From Heptranchias perlo (Eukaryota): a stretch of DNA of 64,000 nt. A program made the position numbers and the translations under genes. Shown piece by piece: positions 13,753 through 25,104 of the stretch. Location of the stretch: NCBI RefSeq assembly GCF_035084215.1, contig NC_090333.1:69502001-69566000 (forward strand). The letters run 5' to 3'. The notes under the pieces are model-generated. The model searched no databases and was not told where the DNA came from. It was given only the letters and a program-made list of their open reading frames with translations. The stretch's first letter is position 1. Each line of letters opens with the position of its first letter.

Positions 13753-14642
13753 TGTGTCCTGGATGTTATGAACATACAGGGTATGATCCTGAAGTTGGCA
13801 GATCATTGGGGGGGGCATTGAAATATGGGGGAGGGGAGGGTCAGGGGATTAACAAGGAGGGGGGGAATTCTAGGCTTTGGAAATATTGAGGGAACAGTCC
13901 TCGGGTTAGCATCTACTTAACACACCTGACATTGCTCAACAGTGCGGGAGTGGGGTGCAGGGATATCTAAGGTTTCACAGAACCATGTTTTGAAATGTGG
14001 GTTAGTGAACTGGTGAGGTTTCTGCAGGATCCTGGGGTGCAGTACAGCTGGGTGCAGAGGAATGAGTATGGCAGCACTGCAGTGGGATCCCAGGTTATGG
14101 CATCATCATACGGTGGGACCCCGTTGGTCAATCAGTGGGAATGCATGCCGTGGTGGGGGGAACCTCAGGATCTGGTAGCATTGGAGGGGGTCCTGATGTG
14201 ACAGAATTAGGAGGGCAGGTCTCAAGATCTGGATAACCTGGAAGGAGGTGTTTGGCTGGGCCTTAAACCCACAACCTTCTGACTCAAGGTGAGAATACTA
14301 GCAACTGAACCAGGCTGACAACATTTACCTAGAATACAAAACCAGTTATAAAAAGAACTAATTACAATTAATTTATGCAGGAAACTGCTCAATAAAAATC
14401 TGATAAATGATTACACCTAATAAGCAAGATAAGTTTTCCATAAAATTACAGTAACCTAAAGGGAATACGGTCATCACAGTCAGTCAGACTGTCTTGCTTA
14501 CATAAAGTTATCATGTTCTAACTCAGTTCTCAAGAGGCTGTGCAGAGTGCACGGATCGTACCTCCAAACTACTAGTTTCCAATTCAATGAATTTAGAATA
14601 TTGGGTACAATGCGATCAAGGCAGCTCCAATGCTGCAACCAA

Positions 14643-17600
14643 TAGGAACATAGGAACAGGAGTAGGCCATTCAGCCCCTCGTGTCTGCTCTGCCATTTGA
14701 TAAGATCGTGGCTGATCTGTGATCTAACTCCATATACCTGCCTTTGGCCCATATCCCTGAATACCTTTGATTGCCAAAAAGCTATCCATCTCAGATTTAA
14801 ATTTAGCAATTGAGCTAGTATCAATTGCCGTTTGTGGAAGAGAGTTCCAAACTTCTACCACCCTTTGTGTGTAGAAATGTTTTCTAATCTCGCTCCTGAA
14901 AGGTCTGGCTCTAATTTTTAGACTGTGCTCCCGACTCCTAAAATCACCAAACAGCGGAAATAGTTTCTCTCTATCCACCCTATCCGTTCCCCTTAATATC
15001 TTATAAACTTCGATCAGATCACCCCTGAACCTTCGAAACTCTAGAGAATACAACCCCAATTTGTGTAATCTCTCCTCGTAACTTAACCCTTGAAGTCCGG
15101 GTATCATTCTAGTAAACCTACGCTGCACTCCCTCCAAGGCCAATATGTCCTTCCCAAGGTGCGATGCCCAGAACTGCTCACAGTACTCCAGGTGCGGTCT
15201 AACCAGGGTTTTGTATAGCTGCAGCATAACTTCTGCCCCCTTGTACTCTAGTCCTCTCGATATAAAGGCCAGCGTTCCATTAGCCTTATTGATTATTTTC
15301 TGCACCTGTTCATGACACTTCAATGATCCATGTACCTGAAACCCCTAAGTCCCTTTGGACATCCACTGATTTTAACTTTTTACCATTTAGAAAGTACCCT
15401 GTTCTATCCTTTTTTGATCCAAAGTGGATGACCTCACATTTGTCTATGTTGAACTCCATTTGCCACAATTTTGCCCATTCACCTAATCTGTCAATATCCC
15501 TTTGTAATTTTATGTTTTCATCTACACTGTTTACAATGCCACCAATCTTTGTGTCATTGGCAAACTTAGATATGAGACTTGCTATGCCTTCATCTAAGTT
15601 GTTAATAATTGTGAATAATTGAGGCCCCAAGACAGATCCCTGCAGGAATCCACTAGTCACATCCTGCCAACGTGAGTACCTACCCATTATCCTTACTCTC
15701 TGTCGCCTTTCGCTCAGCCAACTTCCTAACCAAGTCCGTACTTCTCCCTCGATTCCATGGGCTTCTATCTTAGCTAACAGTCTCTTATGTTGGACCTTAT
15801 CAAATGCCTTCCGGAAGTCCATATAAATAACATCCATTGACATTCCCCTGTCCACTACTTTAGTCACCTCTTCAAAAAATTCAATCAGGTTTGTCAGGCA
15901 CGACCTACCTTTCACAAATCCATGCTGGCTCTCTCTGATCAACTGAAAATTCTCGAGGTGTTCAGTCACCCTATCCTTAATTATAGACTCCAGCAATTTC
16001 TCCACAACAGATGTTAGGCTAACTGGTCTATAATTCCCCGGTTTCCCTCTCTCTCTCCTTTCTTAAAAAGCAGAGTGACATGTGCAATTTTCCAATCTAG
16101 AGGGACAGTTCCTGAATCTAGAGATCTTCGAAAGATTATAGTTCGGGCATCTGCAATCTGCTCACCTGCTTCCTTTAAAACCCTGGGATGGAAACCATCT
16201 GGTCCTGGGGATTTGTCACTCTTTCGTGCTATTATTTTCTTCATTACTATTGCTTTACCTATGTTAATTTTATCGAGTCCCTGTCCCCGATTCAATACAA
16301 GTTTTCTTGGGATTTCCGGCATGCTATCCTCTTTTTCTACCGTAAATACTGACGCAAAGTAATTGTTCAACATGTCCGCCATTTCCCCATCGTCAATGAC
16401 AATATCCCCACTTTCAGTTTTTAAGGGCCAACACTGCTCCTGACCACCCTCTTTTTCCTAATATAACTATAAAAGTTCTTTGTATTGGTTTTGATATCCC
16501 TTGCGAGTTTCTTTTCATACTCTCTTTTTGTAGCTCTTACTATCTGTTTTATGACCTTTTGTATCTTTGTATCTTTCCCATTCGCCAGGATCTGTGCCAT
16601 TTTTTGCCTTTTTGTATGCCCTTTCCTTATGTCTTGTACTGTCCCTTACCTCTAGTTGTCCATGGCTGTTTTTTTTGGCAAGTAGAGTTCTTGCCCCTCA
16701 GGGGTATAAACCGATTCTGTATCACGTTAAATGTTTCTTTAAACATTACCCACAGATCATCAGTCGTTTTACCCATTAACAGATTTGCCCAGTTTACTGT
16801 GGACAGTCTCTGTCTCATCCCATTGAAGTCGGCCTTACCCAAGTCTAGAATCTTAGCAGCTGATTCACTTTTTTCCCTTTCAAACACTACATTGAACTCG
16901 ATCATGCTATGATCGCTATTGGATAGATGTTCACGCACAGTTAAGCCGTTAACTAAATCTGGTTCATTACTCATTACTAAATCTAATATGGCTTGCCCCC
17001 TTGTTGCTTGTAGGACATACTGCTGTAGAAAACTATCCCGGACACATTCAAGAAATTCACTACCTTTCTGACAGTTGCTAGTCTGCTTTTCCCAATCTAT
17101 GTGAAGGTTAAAGTCCCCCATTAAGACCACTATGCCTTTCTTACACGCTTGTCTAATCTCTGCATTTATACAATCTAGCACTTCAGAGCTACTGCCAGGG
17201 GTCCTGTACACAACACTCACTATAGTCTTAGATCCTTTCCTATTTCTCAATTCAACCCATAAGGTCTCTGTTGGCTGCTTACCTCTCGTTATCATTGAAG
17301 TTATCCCTTTATCATTGAAGTGATTTCATCTCTAATCATTAAGGCTACTTCTCCCATTCTTCCATTTTCCCGATCTCTCCTGTAGACCTTATAACCCAGT
17401 ATATTTAGTTCCCAATCCTGACCATCCTGCAGCTATGGCTCAGTAATAGCTATCATGTCTTCCCCTCCAATTTGAATTTGAACCTGTAGTTCATTTAATT
17501 TATTCCTTATACTCCGTGCATTTGTATATAGAACTCTTAGTTGGGCCACACACCCTAGCCTGACCTTCAGCTTTGATGCTGGGTTAATCGCCTTACGCCT

Positions 17601-17805
17601 TCTAGTTTTTATTTTATCTGTCGTGCCTAAAGTACACTTTCTTTCAGCTGCTCTACGCTTTTCCCTTTCACTTGTTCTTGAACAACTGTTTGTACTATTT
17701 GTATTGTAAATTTCCCCTGGGTCTTCCCCTCTCTTGCTGCTCTCAACTTTAATCCCTTCTGACTCCCCGCTCAGGTTCCCATCCCCACCGCCACTCTAGT
17801 TTAAA
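14643..17805 (-). mobile_element. CR1 LINE covering nearly all of ORF2, frameshifted
   Basis: ORF pieces 16627-17295 (APE: VYRTP, MGDFN, SDH), 16014-16382, 15310-16005 (RT: QHGF, YMDFRKAFDKV, QGSVLGP, FAND) and 14724-15323. (TTCCTATG)n tail at ~14643; possible CAATA TSD (14640-14644 / 17806-17810). Confidence 0.95.
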
Positions 17806-17929
17806 CAATATACTAACTCCCAAATGTGTTTCACTTTGATGAAACAGGAAGGGGTTCTTATCTATATTCGCCAGATCATGTCGAACCATGAGACACAATC
17901 TACACGCTGAAGAGCGTTTTATGGGTAAT

Positions 17930-18150
17930 TAGCTATGCAAACCTACAACCTAACAATGTCCAAGGAGATATACCAGGACTAATGGACATCAAACAAGGAG
18001 GAGGAAAGTTAGGAGAGATGACTGAAGGCACGATCAAAGGAGCAAGTTTTGAGAAGGTTTCTGAAAGACAGGAGGGAGAAAAGGTAGCAAGGCAAGGAGA
18101 TTGGAGAAATGGACAGGGAGCTAGTGGAAGTCCACAAGAACCAGGAGCTT
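17930..18150 (-). mobile_element. L2 LINE 3' fragment
   Basis: Antisense similarity to the 3' end of the L2 at 1-937 and to 27995-28215. Confidence 0.5.
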
Positions 18151-19624
18151 AGTTGTCACTCTGCCTCTAACAGCAGAAGTATAATGTTTATCTTCAAGGT
18201 TGTCACCAATGGTGCTCTTGCCATCAGAGGAAACCCTATGGTATACAGAGGGCACACAGACTGCAAACCTTTTGTAATATCTGGGGAAGCTCTGTATAGA
18301 GCCACATTTACAGTCCTTCCCACCACCCCAAAAAGAATAAATGGGATCTAGGGGTGCCTTGGACTGTTGGGGGCACCCAGTCGCAAATGGGGACACTAGA
18401 TAAACTGAAGATTAGGACAGCAGGCAGCTGCTTCAGGTTGGTAAAGAACATTTGAATAATTGGGCAGTTAAAATAATTGCTGACCTTTTCAAGAGGGAAG
18501 TGGGAAAAGAGTATGTCATCACTTTTAAATTTAATGACTTGGGCTAAAAACTGTTTAAGGCAACAAAGGAAGACACTAAATTGCAAATAAACTGCACAAG
18601 TAATAATTTGACAAAGATGTTTTTTTTTGTTGCTTGCTACATCATAAAGTTGACTTTTAATGATGCTTTAACTCATTTATTTGCTGAGAAAAGACATTAA
18701 CAGAGGGGAGTAAGGTCATGTCAAAGTCTGGTGTATTGCGTGGAAATCAAAGACCTCTAAACAGTAAAACCCTGAAGTTGCAAAGTACTGAATTTGCACA
18801 ATTCAACTACAGGTCAGCTTTTTTTTTTACAGCTTAGAGCATTTTCCAACAGAGATAAAAGATGATTCACATCGACTGTTCATAGGATTGACAGTCTAAT
18901 AGATGTAAACATTAACTGGTGTTCCTGGCACTGACCTCTCTTTACTGTACGGGGGCGGGAGGGGGTAAAGTTCAATCCTTTGCGCAAGGTATATCAATTA
19001 CTGATTTGAAATATATTTTGTTCCTATGGCGCATTTCAAAAGTAGATATTGGAAAAATACTCACAGCTGAAGATATTTTTCCTCCCTTCTTTTTGTCCAA
19101 TTTCTCTGTCCACTGATAGTCACATGAATGCTCAATTGCCTGAACTATTTCAAAAGACCACAACTACTAATCTCGACTTCATCAAACTCCCCCTCTGCTT
19201 GTTACTATATCCAGAGGAACACAAACATACACAGTGATAACACTGCTACGATGTTGAGATGGGAGAGACACATTGGACAGCAAGTAAAGTGACTACTGGC
19301 AACTACATCCAATAATAGTTTGGAGATTGGATTAGAAAGCAGGACTGTAGAAAATAAACAACTATATTCTGGTGGTACAGTTCATTTTATGCATGTATTG
19401 AGGGGGGAAACTGCAGAGGGAATTTTGTGCACCTGGTTCAGAGCAGCAAATGGTTATGATCTGGGAAAAGGTGTCTCTCTCTCTCTACCAACCACAGTTA
19501 ATGAACACACCAGAAGGGGAAAAGACGACCCCAGAATCTGAATAAAGCAGGGTTGTATCCTCACTTAAAAAACAGTAATGTACAACTGGATGAAAACAAT
19601 ACATTTATTGCCTAGAATTTAGCA

Positions 19625-19639
19625 TTATAATTTTATATT

Positions 19640-19672
<33 letters not shown>

Positions 19673-19685
19673 TATTATATATACA
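19625..19685. repeat. (TA)n microsatellite in an AT-only, near-palindromic tract
   Basis: Read directly from the sequence. Confidence 0.9.
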
Positions 19686-20856
19686 CACATGTAAAAAAGT
19701 TGCTTCATGTATAATGTCAGCACTTGACAAGTGTTTAAGTCATGAGAAGATTAAAAGGAACCAGATGAAAAAGCAAATTGATGCTTATGAGCACATGCAT
19801 ATGCCACAAGTTTGAACACAACTGGCACCACGTCAAAAGGTGTCATGACTCTAACAAATGCCTGCTCCCAGAAAGAGTTCACCAAGATCATTTTACAGAA
19901 CACTCACTAACTTCAAGGGACTGATTTAAGAGATACCACACCATCAGCAACAACTCCATTATAATTACTTTCTGCAGAATGCAGTGTAACTAACACACAC
20001 GAAAAAATGACAGTTCACCTTACTAGAACATCCAAAAAATATGGAAGTACAACATTTCCACCAGCTGGACCAGAATTAAGTGAATAATGAGGTGCCCAAC
20101 CGACTTAAACAAATACTCATTTTTGCTTTCGCCCCCCCAATGTGGTCTCGTAGCCTAAAGTTTAGTGATTTACTTTTGCAGCAAGTTCCTGAGAACAACC
20201 AGCATTGATCATTGTAGCAAGTGGACAGATCCCACTTTGGGTTCAGCATTTCCAAAGGCGTGTGACAGTTTAGACACCTGACATCTCAAAATCCACATCG
20301 AACACACTGGCCACACTCCCAGGCAATTGATTATTTATTATTCAATAAACCTGGGGTAATTAGGTCACAAAATCACTGATGCTTCAGTAGGAATGTTTCA
20401 AATCCACACACAGCACATGGACAAAAAAAAACAAACTGCATGCAGGGGCTCCTCTGATGGGACCCATTGGTGCTGTACTTAGCCAGGTTCAATCCCCGGC
20501 TCAGAGCTAGGACATCATATTAATAACCTGGACTTGGGTGTACAGGGCATTATTTCAAAGTCTGCAAATGGCACGAAACTTGGAAAGTAGCAAACAGGGA
20601 GGATAGAACCAGACTTCAGGGGGACATAGACATGTGAAATTTGCAGACAAATGGCAGATAAAATTCAACACAAAAATCTGAAGTGATTCATTTTAGTAGG
20701 AAGAACGAGGAGTGGCAATATAAACTAAATGGTACAATTTTAAAGGGGATGCAGGAACAGAGACAGCTGAGGGTGTACGCACACCGGTCTTTGAAGGTGG
20801 CACGACAACTTGAGAAGGCTGCTAATAAGGCATATGGGATCCTTGGCTTTATAAAT

Positions 20857-22134
20857 CGATGTAAGGAATCTTACAACACCAGGTTATAGTCCAACAGTTT
20901 TATTTGAAAATCACAAGCTTTCGGAGGCTCTCTCCCTAGTCAGGCGAGTGTGAGATTCCTTGAAGGTTACTGCATATATATAGTCAGAGAACAATGCCTG
21001 GTGATTACAGACAATCTTTCCAACCGCCCGTTGTCAAGGCAATCAGACAGAGACACAGACTTTTCCAGCTTCCACCCTAACCACGTCAAAGAGGCCATCC
21101 CCTATGGACAGGCCCTGCGAATACACAGGATCTGTTCAGATGAGGAGGAACGCGATAGACACCTACAGACGCTGAAAGACGCCCTCGTAAGAACGGGATA
21201 TGACGCTCGACTTGTCAATCGACAGTTCCAACGGGTCACAGCGAAAAATCGCATGGACCTCTTCAGAAGACTTACACGTGACGCAAACAGAGTACCCTTC
21301 GTCGTCCAGTACTTCCCCGGAGCAGAGAACCTGCGCCATGTTCTCCGCAGCCTTCAACATGTCATCGATGACTACGAACACCTCGCTATGGCCATCCCCA
21401 CGCCTCCACTGCTCTCCTTCAAACAGCCACCCAACCTCAAGCAGACCATCGTTCGCAGCAAATTGTCCAGCTTTCAGGAGAATAGCGTCCATGGCGGCCT
21501 CTGCAAGACATGCCAGATCATCGACACAGATACCACCATCACACGAGAGGACACCACCCACCAGGTGCATGGTTCATACTCCTGTGACTCGGCCAACATC
21601 GTCTACCTCATACGTTGCAGGAAAGGATGCCCCGGAGCGTGGTACATTGGCGAGACCATGCAGACACTGACAATGGATGAACGGACACCGCGCAACAATC
21701 GCCAGACAGGAGGGTTCCCTCCCAGTCGGGAAACACTTCAGCAGTCAAGGACATTCAGCCACCGACCTTCGGGTAAGCATACTCCAAGGCGGCCTTAGAG
21801 ACACACGACAACGCAAAATCGTCGAGCAGAAATTGATAGCCACGTTCCGCACCCATGAGGACGGCCTCAACCGGGATCTTGGGTTCATGTCACACTACAC
21901 GTAACCCCACCAGCGAAGGAGGAGTGTTCTCTCTCTCTCAAAGATTGTCTGTAATCACCAGACATTGTTCTCTGACTATAATGCGGTAACCTTCAAGGAC
22001 TCCCACACTCACCTGACAAAGGAGGAAGCCTCCGAAAGCTTGTGATTTTCAAATAAAACTGTTGGACTATAACCTGGTGTTGTAAGATTCCTTACATTTG
22101 TCCACCCCAGTCCATCACCAGCATCTCCACATCA
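20857..22134 (+). mobile_element. Penelope-like retroelement, 5'-truncated: RT thumb, GIY-YIG endonuclease, inverted pLTRs, 9-bp TSD
   Basis: ORF 20950-21798 contains SFHPNHVKEAIPYGQALRIHRICS, CKTC and VYLIRC...WYIGET (GIY-YIG). A frameshifted continuation lies at 21677-21904. 20860-21018 is an inverted copy of ~21941-22096. TSD TTTATAAAT at 20848-20856 and 22135-22143. Confidence 0.94.
22009..22045 (+). ncRNA. Minimal type I hammerhead ribozyme motif in the Penelope 3' pLTR (core G8>A)
   Basis: TCAC-CTGACAA-A-GGAGG-AAG-CCTCC-GAAAGCTT-GTGA. The core deviates from CUGAnGA at one position. Confidence 0.65.
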
Positions 22135-24532
22135 TTTATAAATTGAGGCAGAGTGTACAAAAGCAAGGAAGTTACGATAAACCTTTAAAACATTGGTTTG
22201 ACCCCAGTTGGAGTATTGTGGCCAATTCTGGGCAACACACTTCAGGAAGGACGTCAAGGTCTTCGAGATGCAGTGGAGATTTACTCGAATGCCAGGGACG
22301 GAAGACTTCAGTTACATGGAGAGGCTGGAGAAACTGGGGTTATTCTCCTTAGAACAGAGAAGTTGAAGGCGAATTGGAGATTTGATAGAGGTGTTCAAAA
22401 TCACGAAGGATTTTGATAGAGTAGAGTAAATATGGAGAAACTGTCCCAGTGGCAGAAGGGTCAGTGACCAGAGGACACAGATTTAAGGTAATTGGCAAAA
22501 AGCATGTTATTCAGTGAGTTATGATCTGGAATGTACTGCCTGAAAGGGTGGTGGAAGCAGGTTCAGCAATAACTTTCAAAAAGTAACTGGATAAATACTT
22601 GGAGAAAAATATGTAGGGCTATGGGGAATGAGCAGGGGAATGGGAATAATTGGATAGCTCTTTCAAAGAACTGGCACAGGCACAATGGGTCAAACTGCCT
22701 CTTCCTGTGCTGTATCATTCCATGATTCTATGAACAGCTGGGCAGCTGCAAGAGGCATCACTGTTCTGGACTCGGGGGATAAAGTTCAGAAACAAAAAAG
22801 CTAGTCAGCATTTTTGCTTCCAACCATTGTCACTTGAGCCTTTCTGGAATTGTACCAGAGCGGACAAGATTAAACTTGGCTGTGCCGTACTTCCCCACCA
22901 TGATGGAAGAGCCTGCAAGCATTCACCTTCCATTCTCAAACCTGAAAAGTAGCTACTTGGGCAAGGTACCAGAAGGCTGTGCCAATACTCCTGGAACCTT
23001 GTGCCAAACAAGGAGAAAACTGCAAAAGGTAAACTGAACAGACCTCGAGAACACCATAGCATGTACAAGTGTCAAGTGACTTCATGATTCAGATGAAGGC
23101 TTCTAAACTCAGTATTTTGCAACATCATAGGCTGTCATTCGGCCCAGTGTACCTGTGCAGGTCCTCTGACAGCCACTCACAGTCCCGTTCCCATCTTTCG
23201 AGCTTCGCTTTTGAAGTTTGGATTTAACGCGCACATCGACAACCTTGCAATCACTCCTACCGATTCTTTAACGACAAACATATATGCAAAGTGTCCTTTT
23301 AATGATTTCGGAGAATTTGAAGCAGGTTTCGATAGGCGGCAGGTTTCTGTTACTGCGTCACATTTGCAGTGGTAACAGGCTGTTCTGCTGAATGTGAAAT
23401 GTCAGTGACATACTTTGAATGGAATACAACTCATGCAACTTATGTAACACCATCCAAAAGGAATCGTACATATGTTTTACATCTTGTAGTTATCAGAACT
23501 TCCAATGGCACCGTAAGCTGTTCAAAATACGCATTATGAGCAATGTAACTGATCAGTTTCAAAAAATATATTCTTCCAACAGGATACTTCCATTTCCCTT
23601 AGCAACTTTACTAGTTAAAAGGCAGAGTTCTGCACTTTACCCAAATGCAATAGGTCTTTAACTGAAGTTTGTTTTGGTTCAAAGCTTTTTTCCCTTTTAA
23701 AAAGAAAAAAAGTGGACAAGAAACAGAGCACCAAGTAAAATACCACTAATGATTTCCAACTGTGGCATTCATGCGAGCAGTGCAGTAAATGACAGTACAG
23801 CTAAAACCAACCAATATACTTATTTAACTCTTTGGACAATTTGCTTCCTTTGTAACACATGGAATCATAGTTTAAGATCTAAAAACATTATACAGCAAAA
23901 CCACATTACAACAAAACTTTCTTGGGTCCCATCTTGGGCTACATTCTACTAAAGTAGAGGAGCTCAAATTTCAGCAAGATGAAGCAGCCCTAAAATAGTT
24001 GCTCTTTCGGGAACATAAGTTTGCTTATATTCCGTGCCATTATGTAATGAATTCAGAGATATTAGGTCAAAGATTCCCAAACGTTCATGTGGAACACAAA
24101 TAAATGAGTTGCAGAGTTTAATGCGGCAGATACACGCTGTTGCAGTCTGTAAGAGTAACAGCATCATGAATCATTAAATAAAAACCATCTGCTGAAAGTT
24201 GGCCCAACCTCATCTGCCTTCAGCAGTGCAAACAGTCACAGAATGGAAGAATATGACACTCTCGCAAAATAGTGCTCATTCACAACTTAGTGTTCCTTAA
24301 AAAGTGTTCCATGCAATGGACTAGGTCAACTGACATCTTTACACTGCAGACTGCATACGAACTACAGGCACAACTGACGACATTTCAAAGGATTTAAGTC
24401 ACGCAATTCAGTCACGACATTCTTAATGCCTGATCCATTTTGTAACTAAATATTAACATACTACTTGGAATGGTTCAACATGAACTTTAAACTTTAGAAG
24501 GCTGTTGTTTCTGGATACCATGCAGCATATGC

Positions 24533-25062
24533 ATTAATTCATTAGGGCAGAGCGCTCTTAATTTGGCCAGTTGCACATCAGCCACATTCCAGTGAACTCC
24601 ATCCCATTCCGTCCTGCACAACATGCTGGAAAAGGGGGCTTGGTCTGCATAGGGCAGAGATGAGGAGCTGCAGGAGATTGTAGCTGAGAAGTTGGAGCAA
24701 TCTGTCATAATCCTTTCGCAGCCTTTCAAATGCACTATAATTGAGCTTTTAATGTTTTAAGTAATTACAACATCAGCATTAAGGCAAACAACATGTATTA
24801 AAAAGGAGCAGTATGCCCTGATTAACTGTATCGTCACTAATTTATTGATCATGCAACCAACACCTTTTAGAATTGAAACTATTGGATTATGACAGTGCTC
24901 CAACTTCTCAGCTACAATCTCCTGCAGCTCCTCATCTCTGCCCTATGCAGGCCAAGCCCCCTTTTCCAGCATGTTGTGCAGGATGGAGTGGGATGGAGTT
25001 CACTGGAACGTGGCTGATGTGCAACTGGCCAAATTAAGAGCACTCGGCCCTAATGAATTAAT
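24533..25062. repeat. Long inverted repeat: arms 24533-24713 and 24884-25062, 170-bp spacer
   Basis: The arms are reverse complements with about 6 substitutions and one 2-nt indel, counted by eye. Confidence 0.95.
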
Positions 25063-25104
25063 TTACGCACATCTCCAGCCACCCTCAGAAGATGTTGAGG
25101 CAAG

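Larger units (their letters stand above)
20520..22735 (+). mobile_element. Degenerate CR1 3' region, interrupted by a Penelope element
   Basis: CR1 RT C-terminal motifs (IHFSRKN...ANKAYGILGFIN) stop at 20856 and resume at 22135 (...LEYCGQFW...), followed by a 3' tail ccatgattctatga. Confidence 0.88.

Noticed and set aside
20950-21798. 282-aa ORF as a cellular gene
   Set aside because: It is a Penelope fragment. The N-terminus derives from the inverted pLTR and the C-terminus is out of frame after ~21670.
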